From Orbicella franksi (taxonomy: Eukaryota), in contig OZ116698.1 of the NCBI GenBank assembly GCA_964199315.1, positions 44,454,001-44,518,000 on the forward strand: a DNA stretch of 64,000 nucleotides. Reading direction: 5' to 3'. Both the position numbers and the translations under genes were made by a program. Shown in pieces: positions 41,001 to 64,000 of the stretch; the stretch's first letter is position 1, and each line of letters starts with the position of its first letter. Under the pieces are notes generated by a model. That model was not told the origin of the DNA. It did no database searches and saw only the letters and a list, made by a program, of their open reading frames with translations.

Positions 41001-43554
41001 TTTATACTGTATGAAGACATGATTGATCATCGCAGTTATGCAGACAACTTAAGCAGTTGTGAAATTAAAGCCTGAAAAATTAATTTTGAATTTCACAACT
41101 GCTTAGGTTGTGTGTATAACTGCGATGATCAATCATGTCTTCATATCTTTCTCCGTAGTTCAAATATATGATCTTTCATATATTCACTTGTGTTTATACG
41201 ATATTTTAGTAAATTGTTTTGTTTCCTTATTTATTTTCTTAGAAAATTAAGTCCGTGAGTGGTCCATCGCAAATGCTTCGGAATGTCCTTTGGCACACGG
41301 GAAACATCACAAACGAGGTCAGTTTTAGCGATTATATTTTTTATTCCTTGCTTTTTACCGTTGTTTAAATTCTGCAGGAATAACCTTTGCCTTTCTCAAT
41401 TGTTCTTCTGGAAAAAAATAAAAAGGAGCCTCCAATCGAGGTTTATTTCGAACCTTTCGAAATACTACCTTTTCTCGGGTTGCGTAGATACCTTTTCAGC
41501 AAAAAAACAAACCGAAATATATTAGAAAAACAAAACAGCTTTTTTTGCCGGTGATATTTTGAATAACTTGCTTTATCGTACCTAAAATAACGATGGTAAT
41601 TATAAAAATTGCACAATTTAATCTTCTCAACAAAATAGCCACTTAAAATACTTCGGGACTATTTCGACAAATAATGCACAGGAATACCAAGGCTAGGATA
41701 AAAAATATATATATATTTTCGACACCACTGAGAAACTGGGGAAGAAAAGCGAAACAATTGCATCAAATAGTTAATTTTAACATACAGCAGGTGAAAGAAA
41801 TGTCAGTTTTTATTAGGCGGTCAGTGTTGTGGGCCCCCGCCCCTTCCTGCTTACAATCCCCATCGGTTAAGGGACCTTCTACTTATTGTCAAAAAAAAAT
41901 AATCCAGTTATAAGCAGTCCCGGATGTGAGCTCCCCTCTAACTTTCCTTGTTTTGAATTCGTTTCATTATGATGTTTTAAAGCTTAATTACCAGTACATG
42001 AAAACCTTTCTCGACCAACATCTGCAGCTATAGCTCGTTTCGAAGCAGTTTTTTTATTCCGGTTATAGGCCCCCTCGGATATAAGCCCCTCCGTTTATAA
42101 GCCCGTCTACAAGCCCTTAGGAAGTTGAATAAACAAGGGGCTTGTAAGTGGCAGTTTACGGTACTTGATATAAATGACACGCTGTGTTCCACCAGGCGAC
42201 CCTTCTTTGGAAGGATCCAAAGGCACATGGATGGCAACATAAGAAAGCTTACAGATGGGAACTAGTTTACTTACCATCTAAGAACATCATGAGGTAAGGA
42301 CCCTTAAATGTATGTGGACATGGCTGTCGGTGCGGGATTTTTTAGCATGAGGTCGAACTCGTACCTAATCAATATGGAATAACGTTTTAAGCATGCGCAA
42401 TCCAGATCCCAGTCTTAATATTAGTAAACACTCCACACTGGTGTTAATTAATTTATTCAGGTCTCAGTGAGTGCATCACAATGATAAGTTCTAAAACCCT
42501 AAAAAAACGCAAAAGTTATTCGACTGTTAAGTTAACAGTTATCACCCTTGCGTCATTGTTATGTTTCTGATTTTGGCTGATCAGATCTTTTACAGATCCT
42601 ACGCATACCGGCAGCATTTTCGTTTGCGTTCCCTTGCATCCTTTGTATTTAGTACGGGGTCACGCGTTTAGAATGTGACATTGACTAATCCGCAAACATT
42701 TGAATTCGAGTTTCATCTGAGGTCATTACCTCGTGCATTATAGTAGACAATTGGCCCTCAAGCTGGTTGCTCTGTTTTTTGCTGCTACACCGTGCCGACG
42801 AGACCCAACCAGGTCGAAACAGCTGCCCACGGTTGCAATTCTTGGCTTTCGGTTTGGACTCTATCATGTCGTTGTCGCGTTAAGTCGTCTAGGAAGTAAT
42901 CAGCCTTGCTTCATCGTCATATCTCAAGTGACAATTTTCCCCTAGTCTTTAACTCGCTACTTTGATAAAGGACTCGTGATTTATGTACGTTTTGATGTTT
43001 AAAATTGTGTCTATTTTCATTCCCAATTTAGGATAAAAATTTGGCGCAAGCACAACAAATTAATGATAGATAGTGGCGAAATAAAGGATCGCGATATTCG
43101 GGAAGGAAAGCTTGGTGTAATGAGCTTCTCTCAGGAGAAGTGCATGTGGTCAGCGATATCCACCCGATGTCTTGGTAAGTGTATGTTTTGTGCATTCCTT
43201 TGCACTGTTGCAGGAATAATTTTCGCCACGTTACAAAAACTCTTGTCCCAGTCTTAGTCCCAGTCGGTGTTTGATGGCAGTTAGTTACCAACAGTTCGTC
43301 AGTACGTGGACAGAGGCAAATCATTATTTTGAACTACTTAGCACTTGACGACTTACCCCCTACCCCCTCAATTGTCGAGCACTGTTCTCCGAAATCAAGC
43401 GGCCATAATGTAAGGTTTCTTGGGTTTCGATGGCACACGTAATGTTTGTATTATTCAACTAGCAATTTGTGAACGACATGCAGAAATAAAAGCTAAAGAA
43501 AGCCCAAGTAGTAAATCAAGAGTTTGTTCTTTTATTGCAGATCCCTTTGATTAA
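22078..43554 (+). CDS. THBS: Thrombospondin, subgroup B (TSP3/TSP4/COMP-like), 1015 aa: signal peptide, TSPN/LamG, coiled coil, 4 EGF, type-3 Ca repeats, C-terminal L-lectin domain
   Basis: 24 GT-AG coding exons with consistent phases, total 3048 nt: 22078-22150, 22837-23091, 23592-23929, 24481-24604, 25392-25570, 26465-26546, 28521-28657, 33201-33338, 33826-33903, 34250-34408, 34501-34608, 34884-34991, 35475-35634, 35969-36087, 36506-36558, 37005-37090, 38085-38180, 38482-38660, 38997-39045, 40341-40537, 41243-41317, 42196-42293, 43032-43174, 43541-43554. Motifs [45 protein letters not shown]. No TSR type-1 repeats. An acceptor at 22046 implies an upstream non-coding exon. Confidence 0.95.
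24646..24977. mobile_element. MITE in thrombospondin intron 4
   Basis: TIRs gccctggccaaacggact / agtctgtttggccagggc, with internal cttgcg/cgcaag repeats. Confidence 0.75.
28692..29358. mobile_element. Cluster of nested palindromic MITEs
   Basis: Inverted repeats aattacttattaacc / ggttaataagttgtt, tttacgggaaaatctc / gagattttcccgtaaa and aaaatatcgt..tttgtcag / ctgacaaatcacgatatttt. Confidence 0.65.
30677..32361 (-). CDS. GT31-family beta-1,3-galactosyl/GlcNAc-transferase (type II membrane), 409 aa, nested antisense in thrombospondin intron 7
   Basis: Exons 32361-31886 and 31430-30677 (phase-2 intron, TG|gt...ag|G). N-terminal TM segment [20 protein letters not shown]31 motifs [53 protein letters not shown] (DxD), [25 protein letters not shown] on the minus strand at 30639-30634. 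Confidence 0.93.
33565..33690 (+). mobile_element. Degenerate tRNA-derived SINE (cnidarian SINE2/Nin-type head)
   Basis: A-box-like gcgcggtgaccgaatggttagtgcg, an eroded B-box, then the body motif gttcttggacaagacactt..tactctcacagtgcctctc that I recall as typical of cnidarian SINEs. Confidence 0.7.
36128..36474. repeat. Polypyrimidine (CT-rich) low-complexity tract in thrombospondin intron 14
   Basis: About 345 bp of largely C/T sequence (cctcct/cttcct units). Confidence 0.95.
37713..37830 (-). mobile_element. (TAT)n-tailed retroelement 3' end / (ATA)n microsatellite
   Basis: An (ATA)n run is followed by aactttattt..tctag..ctaatcggggacactgt. A related copy lies at ~36740-36830 (aactttattt..tctag..ctaattggagacactgt). 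Confidence 0.55.
39624..40190. mobile_element. Cluster of nested MITE-like repeats in thrombospondin intron 19
   Basis: Repeated ctgattgg, tttctatcgagttt / aactcgacagaaac and ttttctatga / atagaaaa inverted motifs. Confidence 0.5.
41011..41144. repeat. ~56-bp-arm inverted repeat
   Basis: atgaagacatgattgatcatcgcagttatgcagacaacttaagcagttgtgaaatt (41011-41066) matches the reverse complement at 41089-41144 with about 3 mismatches. Confidence 0.9.
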
Positions 43555-44747
43555 AGGCCGTCATTAAATTTTCGAGGAGAGTTCCTCTGTGCATATGTAT
43601 CTAACAGTATATTATATTGACCGATAGAGTTGTTGTAACCTATTTCATATAACCCAACACGAATTTCTCTATCGTGTCATTGGTTGAAGTTGGTCATGTG
43701 GGCAGCTGTTCGCACTCGTATAGAAGCACGTGCATAGCATTTAGTTTTCACGTGCACTCGGCCAATCAGTGCATAGAAATTTCAATTTGTCATCAAGAAA
43801 CGGGGCCTCTGGCTTGGTCCAATACCTTATTTTTCCTGGGTTCTCTATTCTCGTCCTTTTACAAGCCAATGAGGTTTGACGAAAATCGACGTTGGCCAGA
43901 GGGCCCAATTTTTGTTGCTGACCAAAAGCATCGAAACCTCTGGGGACAATAGCGACAATGAAGGTTTCCAGTTGAGAAATGACTCGGCAGTGAAAAAGCT
44001 TATCTTAATTAAGATGAGAGCTTATTTAACTTTTAATTTCAAGACAACAAAAGAATCGAATGTATGCATGTATAAATTACGTCACATATTTAACTCAGTA
44101 CGTTCTCCATTTTTCAGTAAAACGTTTTGGATTTAGTAAAATCACCTCTAAAGCTGAAGATATTTTTAACACATTTGAGCACATCTTGCACTTATCTTTT
44201 ATTTGATCATTTTACATGTAGCTACGATAATAATTAAAATGGATGGCAGAAAGCTGCTTAGAGTTGCCGCTCTTATTATACTATTGTTCACAAAAAGTCA
44301 GCAAGAAATATAATTTCAAGATTGGAAGATAGAGAGGTTTTCTTGCTAGCCCTTGAAACATTAAGGCTAACGGTTGTTCAAAAGTAATGGGCAAATATTT
44401 TCAAAATGTGCGCGTATGACAATAGACAATTTCGTATTTTCGGTATTGGACTGTAACTACCTTGCAGCTACCTTGCATAATTAAAAAGAGATTGATGTCA
44501 TTTGCATTTGAAAAGACCCTCGGCGTTAGCCTTAGCTGCAAGCTACTTTCAGTCCAATTGTTGTGTAAGATAGAGCTTATGTAAGTTATAACTTCTTATA
44601 AGCTTATGTTTAGTTATAACTCATACGTATATCAACTTATATCAGTTGTAACAAAATAAAACTAGTTTATTCTACTATTTTCATTTCTTTCGTTTTTTTC
44701 TTTCTACTGGGATTGGATTTCTCCGGTTGGGCGGTCTTTGATACTGG

Positions 44748-44929
44748 CGAAAAGAACCTCATTACGTTACAACCCTCGGAGTGGTTTATAGTAGCTTTTC
44801 CTAGAGGGTCCCTACATTTGGCCAGCGATAACGCGAACCGAAAAGACCCTTATTACGTTACAACCCTCGGAGTGGTTTTTAGTAGCTTTTCCTAGAGCGT
44901 CGCTACATTTGGCCAGTGATAACGTGCAT
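44748..44929. repeat. Tandem duplication, 2 x 91 bp
   Basis: Unit cgaaaaga.cct.attacgttacaaccctcggagtggttt.tagtagcttttcctagag.gtc.ctacatttggccag.gataacg begins at 44748 and again at 44839. Confidence 0.9.
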
Positions 44930-47071
44930 GAACCATATGCGGGCCAATCCATCTTGTTTTGAGACATAAAAAGGTTATCATAATGATTTGATTAGCGCCT
45001 GGGGCGCTAAATTACTTTGATTAGCTCAAGGAAGGACGCTTATTGGAGAAAGCCCCCTTTAGCGACGGCGGGCGTTGATCTCTTTTTGCACATGTGCGTG
45101 TGATACTGATACAAAAACGAAAAAACAACAGAGACTGTACTCTAACACAAGAACTGAAACAACAAGGGTTCTGATAGTCATAATGTTCAATATGACGTTC
45201 AGATGAGAAAGAACACCTCATAATTTATTCGTCTAATCAATCGATTCTGTGTCTGGGGGTACTCCACAAAGTTCTATACGGGGAGGCCCCACCCCTAGGT
45301 CCAAGCCCTTACCCTTTTGTATATCATTTTGACAGAAAAGGTACTCCTTCCGGGCGGAGCCTCCCTGTATAGACCATTATAGGGAGTGTCCCCCAGGGGA
45401 TTCTACGTCACTTTCGCTTTAGGAGCGCTCTTTGTAAAGCGGGCGCTTATTGCTGCTTATTGAGATAGGGGCGCTCATTACAAACGGTCACTGAGTGGGA
45501 GGCGCTTATTACAAAGGGGAAGGAGGGCGCTATTAAAATAAAATCATTACGTTATGCTTGTTCGAAAGATTATATACTACATTGCAGGTGTTAATCGTGA
45601 GCAGACCAATATTTCCCTCAGGATTTCCTCATCTGTGCAAAAAGAACGTGCGCGGAAAAATTCGTTAATCACACGTTACGAACCGTACTTGTGAGGCTGT
45701 AGCGCCCAGTTCCCTAATCTCGGCCTTGCATGTTAGAAACCTTTAAGCTTTTAGTGCAAACAAGATAGGGTGATCAAGATTAACTTCTCTTCTCAGGATG
45801 GAAACAAAGGGCATATTCAAACCTATCCTCAAAAAAATATGTAACTACTTCGGGCCGGAATGCGATCTGAGGCTTCCAATGACGACTCGCTTTTGTCTGC
45901 GCACTTCAGTTACTATTTGAAGCCGTGTTTGATCGTGCCACTAACATATCAGATTCCGTGAATTTTCTTGACGGTCTGCGTGCAGACGTTTCCTGGCTCC
46001 TTCCTGACAGCACTCGAAGCCATTTCTTCGAATTCTCTCGTTTCACAGGAAGATGATTGGCCCCAAAATACCGACCTTGTGGTTTCGAAACCTTATCTGT
46101 AGCTCTACTTCGCACCAATGAGGCAAAATCTAGAATCCTATTTTTTCACGTGATAAATGTAGCTCAAAAATGTATCCGTTGGGAAGCGACCCACCTTATC
46201 TACAGAACTATCCGCCTGAGGGTCTCGGCCGGGCTTCAATTCCATCACGCATGAAAAATGCTGCGTAATGCTTTCGCATGACGGTTTCAGTCACGCGTGA
46301 CAGGTTGAACTTCCGCCGAATACATTCAAGGGCTCTTAATATTTTAGGAGTGCTGTGTAGTGATAAGTCCTCTCATAAATTTCCTGTAAAAAGAACACAA
46401 ACGACAGAACAAATAGTCTGGAACAAAATACACTTTATGCAAAGTAGTGATAACAACAACCCACATGCGTGCGATATTGGCTACAGTCGCCATTAGAATC
46501 AAGACCGATCATCAACAAAGTTTACACGAAATATTAATTAACTTTTAAAATAAATCAGGATAAGCTGGAGTCAAACTTCACAAAATTTATCATGGTTGTG
46601 TTTATCTCGATAGATAGTACTTTGACATAAGTATTTTGATATTTGTGAGCAATGATTTTCCTGTTGTATTTTCCTAGGTTGAAAAATAAACTATAAATAT
46701 ATGGTCGGCTTGAAACAGAAATTCGAAAGGACTCACACAGTTTTGGATGTTCATTTCCTTCATTGTTGTGTCATCGTTACATCATTAACTTTTTGTTCGC
46801 CGATATTTTGATAAATATTTACGTTTTCACGATAATTGCTTTGAGAAAAGCCGGTTACCGATAAATTGAAATCCGCTAGGAAAAGAGGAACGATCAAGTC
46901 GATCGAAGATGCCCTTATCAGATAAACAGACCAAAACTGCCTTAGCTATTTAGCTATTAGCAAATGACTAGTGGCATGCTAGGAAACGCAGAACTTGAGT
47001 ATTATTGAAAACGAGAAATAAATAGATTAATCGCCATTGCGAAATTGCCACAAGAACCCATCGAAGAAAGT

Positions 47072-47092
47072 CCGGAAGAAGGCGTGACGTCA
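47072..47092 (+). promoter_or_regulatory. ETS-like (CCGGAAG) and full CRE (TGACGTCA) motifs upstream of the CaMKIV-like ATG
   Basis: tccggaagaaggcgTGACGTCActg, with the CRE at 47085-47092, ~170 bp upstream of ATG 47261. Motif match only. Confidence 0.4.
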
Positions 47093-47260
47093 CTGCATTG
47101 TCTTCGTCGATCTCTTGATCAATTCTTGTGGCAGCTGAAGCTCCTGGTTAATCGTTAATTTATTCCAAATAGTTCGCTCTTCAGTGAAAGTCGCTAGACA
47201 GTAGAAGAGCTTTATTTGTGGCTACAATCGGCGCCGGCTGTTCATAGTACGCACTGAGAC

Positions 47261-59274
<12,014 letters not shown>

Positions 59275-59876
59275 GTTTGTTAGTGAACCATGCGGACTAT
59301 CACACATGATCCTAGGTATGATAACTCTTGCTTCACAAGACGCGGTCAATTGATTTTTTTGACGATTGTTTGAGCTCCGATGTTCTTCGGACATTTATGA
59401 GTATTGTAAATGCAGACTTTTCTGCCTGCGTGGTTTCGTTTTTCACAACCTTTTTTAAAAATGTCTATATTTGTGTTGTTGTTTCCGATTATTTTTGGCA
59501 TCATATAATTTAACTAAAGATCGAAAGAGAGTTCTTACGAACATTTGCTAGAATGACATTGCTAAGTCGACCGTCCGGGTATGGGTGGGGGTTGGGTGGG
59601 GTGGGGTGAGTGCTAATAATTTTAGTTAAATTATGGAAAGTTGTAATTAGTTACACAAAGTCTAGCAAGGTCTGTTAAAACGTTGATGTAGCTGAAAATG
59701 TAGGCATTTTAGGGTTTGATCTTATTTTTTGAATCTACACGATTCTTATGACCAGAACAGATATGCATGAGCCCTTTATTGTCGCGACAACATCTTCGTA
59801 GTCAAAAGGTGAACTGCAAAAAGAACTATACGAGTCTAAACACATTCTGAAAATTAGCTATTATTAGTCTTACTAC

Positions 59877-59882
59877 AATAAA
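59877..59882 (+). terminator. Candidate polyadenylation signal of the CaMKIV-like gene
   Basis: First AATAAA I found downstream of the stop at 59274. Confidence 0.35.
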
Positions 59883-60461
59883 GCTCATCAGTTTTAGGAA
59901 GTGGTTTGGTCATTAATCTGTCTCACAACACTCTCGCATCCACTTTGATCCGTCATATGCATATCTGCATGAGCGAAAAGTTGGGGGAGAGAGCCTTCCA
60001 CTCACCTCAGTCCCCCGCGATTGCAGTCCGCCGGAGTTTGAGCGGCTGGCTGTCGATGCAATCGCGTAGTTTCTGATACCTTGAGTAGTGAATTACGTGT
60101 GTTGTTGTTGGTTTCTGTGTGTTTCGGGAGACAAGGGAATGTATGCCAAGGTTTTGGTCTCTTGTAGGGTTGCAGCAACTGCTTTGGCCGTACAATCCTA
60201 TCCTGGAAAGGCAGACCAATTGCAATTCCAGAAGACGTGGTCTGCGCTTGACTCAGTGGGAACTGGTGCTACCGTCTGCTTCCCCACTGCCCTTCTCTCC
60301 CTCTCTCGCTCCAAAGCACGCCTGCCTAGACCCCCTGGATAGGTCACTTGTCTCTTGTTCTTGTTTTAGTTTTGCCATTTGTAAATATATTTACAAGTCA
60401 GCATTTACATGTCTGACTTCAGTGCTGCTGTTCACAGAGTCAGAAACAACACGGTAGACAC

Positions 60462-60604
60462 CATTCTCGTTCCCATATTCCTTTTTCGGGTCTAGTTAAT
60501 GGCGGGGCCTTGGCACGAGACAGCCCTCTGCAGGCAGGCTCGTCATTTTCGCGCCAAGGCCCCACCGGCTAAGAGACGCTAAAAGGGCTATGGGAACGAG
60601 AATG
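60462..60604. mobile_element. Hairpin MITE
   Basis: 16-bp TIRs cattctcgttcccata / tatgggaacgagaatg and an inner IR ggggccttggc / gccaaggcccc. Confidence 0.8.
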
Positions 60605-61696
60605 TGGAGAGTTATAAGTAACGTCTAAAACCGATGGGCGTAGTCCGGTTGTCTCGGATGGTGGGAGTCCCACTGGACACAGGGTTTCTGCTATCTTGAG
60701 TAGTTAATAAAAAAATAGATAAAAATAAAATAAAGATAAGACCGACTTATCTAACGCTAAATTGCCAGTCCAATCGCGCTTTACCATACCCGAGTATAAA
60801 CAAACTGGTAACGTTGCAAATTGGGAAAATTAATAATAATAAAGTAACTCTGCTACAAAATCCCCTTATAATCAGCAACTTTACTTAGAAAGGAGAGTCG
60901 GAGAGATTTGAAAGCGTCCGGGATAGCATAGTATTGAGGCCCTATTACGGGTTTTCGGGATAGGGAATTTTTGTTAACGGGGTACGGAATATTTTGGGGG
61001 AAAATTAGTGGGATGTTTTAGATGACATATAACGGGATGTCGAGTTGTAAAATCGTTAATTTTTACAACTGGAATTAAGGGATATTTAGGCCCAAAATTA
61101 ACGAGATATGAGATACTCAGGCCTCCTCTAAATGGGCCTCAGTATTGGAGCAGAAACTGAGAATGTCCTAGGAATTAAGTTCCGCCTACTAGTCCTACAG
61201 TGTTCTAAACCCCTAAAGTAATTAAAGTAATGCAATATTTATTAAAAATGTCTTAACCCCTGAGGTAGAAATGTCTTTGTCCTAACAAAACCATTCAAAT
61301 TGCCCTAACTCCCTGGACAAAAAAAGTCCCTAAAAGAATTGAAGATCATTGAATTATTAGTTTCACTCTCGTTCTCTATAGCTTCCTGCGTTTCCAACCT
61401 TTCCCCTTCAGAATTGAAAGAATCCCTCAACTTGGGATTAGGCGCGCACAATCAGACTTATTATTACTCCCACCATGAGGGTCCGAGATTAGAGCAAAAA
61501 TCTTCTCTACCATTGGTAGGTGAGTAGCATCTGTGCGGGGGACTAGTGACGATAACTTTGGGAAGGAAACTGGGCGCTAAAAGAAAAGTTTACTTTGTGT
61601 TGGAGCGAGGAAAAAGTGAGGCGTCGAGGTTTGTGTAAAAAGCTGCTTTCATTTTAATGATTTATCACTCACTCGAGCTCCTTAGATTCCTCAATA

Positions 61697-62111
61697 ATGG
61701 ACGACACTCTGAGTCAATTCATTGAAAAAACTGGAACGGATCCCAGCTTAGCAAGGGACTTGCTCGAAAGTACAAACTGGGACGTGGACGAAGCTTTAAG
61801 AGCTTTTGAAACGCTGTCTTTAGGTTCTGCTGTGAGGCACAACGAAAACATAAGCGGTGATAATAACCGAGTTACGTGTGGAAAAGCTAAAAGAGGACTT
61901 TCAATGGTAAATGCCGACATAGTCGTTGAAGCTAGGTCTAAAGTTATTGAGGACAAGGTACCAGGCACAGATGATAGATACGAGCGCTTTGAGGGAATGT
62001 CTGATTTCACTTTCGTTTTGCCTGATTTATCCAACTTCTCTGAGGAACTGAGCGACTTCCTTCGCAGGGACTTAATTGAAACCTCGGCTTTAGTGGCGCT
62101 GGAGCAAGCAG
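61697..62111 (+). CDS. OTUD7: OTU domain-containing protein 7 (Cezanne/OTUD7A/B-like deubiquitinase), first coding exon; gene continues beyond the window
   Basis: UBA-like N-terminus MDDTLSQFIEKTGTDPSLARDLLESTNWDVDEAL, KRGLSMVNADIV and F.LPDLS..SE..SDFL.RDLIETSALVALEQAG match the Cezanne N-terminus. Phase-1 donor G|gtaaat at 62111. The next exon (RLNWW) was not found before 64000. Confidence 0.92.
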
Positions 62112-63382
62112 GTAAATTAATATTTAGATATTAGCTTTGTTCTACCGTGCAGGACTCAAAGAATACAAAGTACAGTGTAACTGATATAAGCTAGACACAA
62201 TTAAGCCGACATTTAACATCGTCGACGCAAGGAGGTTGGTTTCTGTTTTCATTCCTCCCAAGGGGTTAATTATTCAAATAGCGTTATGTTTAAGCACTGT
62301 TCAATTTGTTTCACCCATTGAATTTCCTTAGAGAAGATTTAAACTTAATTTGTGAACCAAGTGGATAACATTTGTTGAGTTTGCTTTCTTTACTGGGAGG
62401 TATTTTATTTGTACAATGATTCGTCGTGAATATATTATCTACATCGACATCTCCAAATATGTGATGTGGGTGTTAAGAAAACCATAACACATTTCATTTT
62501 CCAAAAGCGATTAACTGGTAATTTGTTATTACTGTGGACTACGCAAGTGTTGAGAGCGTAGAAAAGGATCAGTTAGGAGGGTGTTTGGAAAATTTATTTT
62601 TTTTAGCATCATCAATCTTGCAGACATTTTTTTTCTTATTTCATTTCTCACAGAAAAGTACACGTAGAGTCATGATAAAAGATACAATCAGATTGTATGC
62701 ACCAAATTACATGGCATTTTACTCAATCTCGCAGATATATTACAAGTACTCAGCGCCAAATTCAATATGTAAAAATGGCCAAATTTTACATTCATCTAGG
62801 ACAAACATGGGCAAAAAATAATATTTTGTTTGATAATTCATCTGTTTATTAATACCTGCAAATGGCAGGTTAGTTTGTCTTGACAGACAGCTACCGTAGA
62901 TAATTCTCCATCTGTTTGCCTGTATTTACACACAGGTGAATACTACATGTATAAATAATTATCCTATTTGTTGCATGCTTGCACTATAACAAATTTTTTA
63001 GCTATGAACAAAATTATTTTTGATGTAAAAAACATAAATGGAACAAGGAAAATAGCAGCTTACTATGGTAGTTGTAAAAACAACAGCAGGGTAGAATTGA
63101 GCTAAAAAGGAACAGGGATGGTTATGACAACAGGTGACAAACAGAGGCTTCTTAAATATCATGGAAACAAAGATTGATGTCTGGTAGATCAGCTGTGTTG
63201 GCATGGAAATTTGAATAATAATAATACTTTCTTATTAACAACAGTGTGTATCCACTGTGCAAGGAGCATTTTACCTTAACCAATTTACCTTATAAGATGG
63301 AAAAAATACAGTAATGAAACCATTTTTCGTGTGCTTACAAGTATTTTTCAAAAAGCCTGTTTTGAAATTAGTGTTCCTTTTG

Positions 63383-63422
63383 GTTTGTTTGTTTGTTTGT
63401 TTGTTTGTTTGTTTGTTTGTTT
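63383..63422. repeat. (TTTG)n microsatellite
   Basis: About 10 consecutive GTTT units. Confidence 0.9.
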
Positions 63423-64000
63423 CTCTCAAATAATGCAACTACTGTAAGGGGTGACTTTTGTTTAGGCCAGTCTTGTTTGATCTTCTTGTTTGTGTCAATT
63501 TATTGAAAATTAAATTTAGCCTGCAATTACTTTAGCTGTAGATACTAACAACAAATTGATAGGCTCTGTCCCATGTTAATGACTAATTTGCTGCCCACTG
63601 TTTCTGATATTAATAACATAGTAAACATACATGTAGAACTTCCATTGACAGCTTACTTTGTAGTTTTGACAGTCTGCTTAGAATGTATTAAAACCCCTGC
63701 AATTGATCATTTTCACATGACATCATCGAATTACAAAGTCCAAAACTAAAGAGCCATGAAAGTTTTTATCCTCATCAGGCATAAAGGATCTAAATTTATA
63801 TCTGTTTACACCTTTTCAGCTCAATAGCATGCTTCCTTTGGAAACCAGAGCATTTTGAATTTCAGCATTATGGTGGTGCATAACATAAGCTATGATCGCC
63901 TTTGTCGAATAATAAATGTATAAACTTCGTGACCTTTAGCCTTTTTAGTAATGAAAATACTAGGAAAAGTGCTTGTGTAGATGTTTGTTGGTTCAGTTCA

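Noticed and set aside
44748-44929. CRISPR-like repeat-spacer array
   Set aside because: Only two contiguous 91-bp copies with no unique spacers; eukaryotic context with no cas genes.
45600-46400. GC-richer tract with several short ORFs
   Set aside because: Stops in all frames and no recognisable motif; could be an old repeat, but nothing supportable.

Overview
AT-rich, intron-rich animal genomic DNA. The repeat families and gene style suggest an anthozoan/stony coral, but that is inference. Four protein-coding genes can be reconstructed from splice sites and reading frames. (1) A complete 24-coding-exon subgroup-B (TSP3/4/COMP-type) thrombospondin on + (22078-43554, 1015 aa). (2) A two-exon GT31 beta-1,3-glycosyltransferase nested antisense in its longest intron (30677-32361, 409 aa). 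(3) A complete 11-exon CaMKIV-like kinase on + (47261-59274, 323 aa). (4) The first coding exon of an OTUD7/Cezanne deubiquitinase (61697-62111). The window also holds a dead 5'-truncated CR1/L2-group LINE with a 60-bp fold-back at its 5' junction, a tRNA-derived SINE, a Penelope-type inverted repeat with a degenerate hammerhead, and many MITEs (piggyBac-TTAA, Tc1/pogo-TA and others). The least expected signal lies in the apparently empty ~5.5-21 kb region: at least two, possibly up to five, tandem, decayed, apparently intronless minus-strand paralogous ORFs of a family I cannot identify. The two clearest copies show synonymous-biased divergence and mostly copy-specific stop codons. All of this was done by eye; no searches were run.
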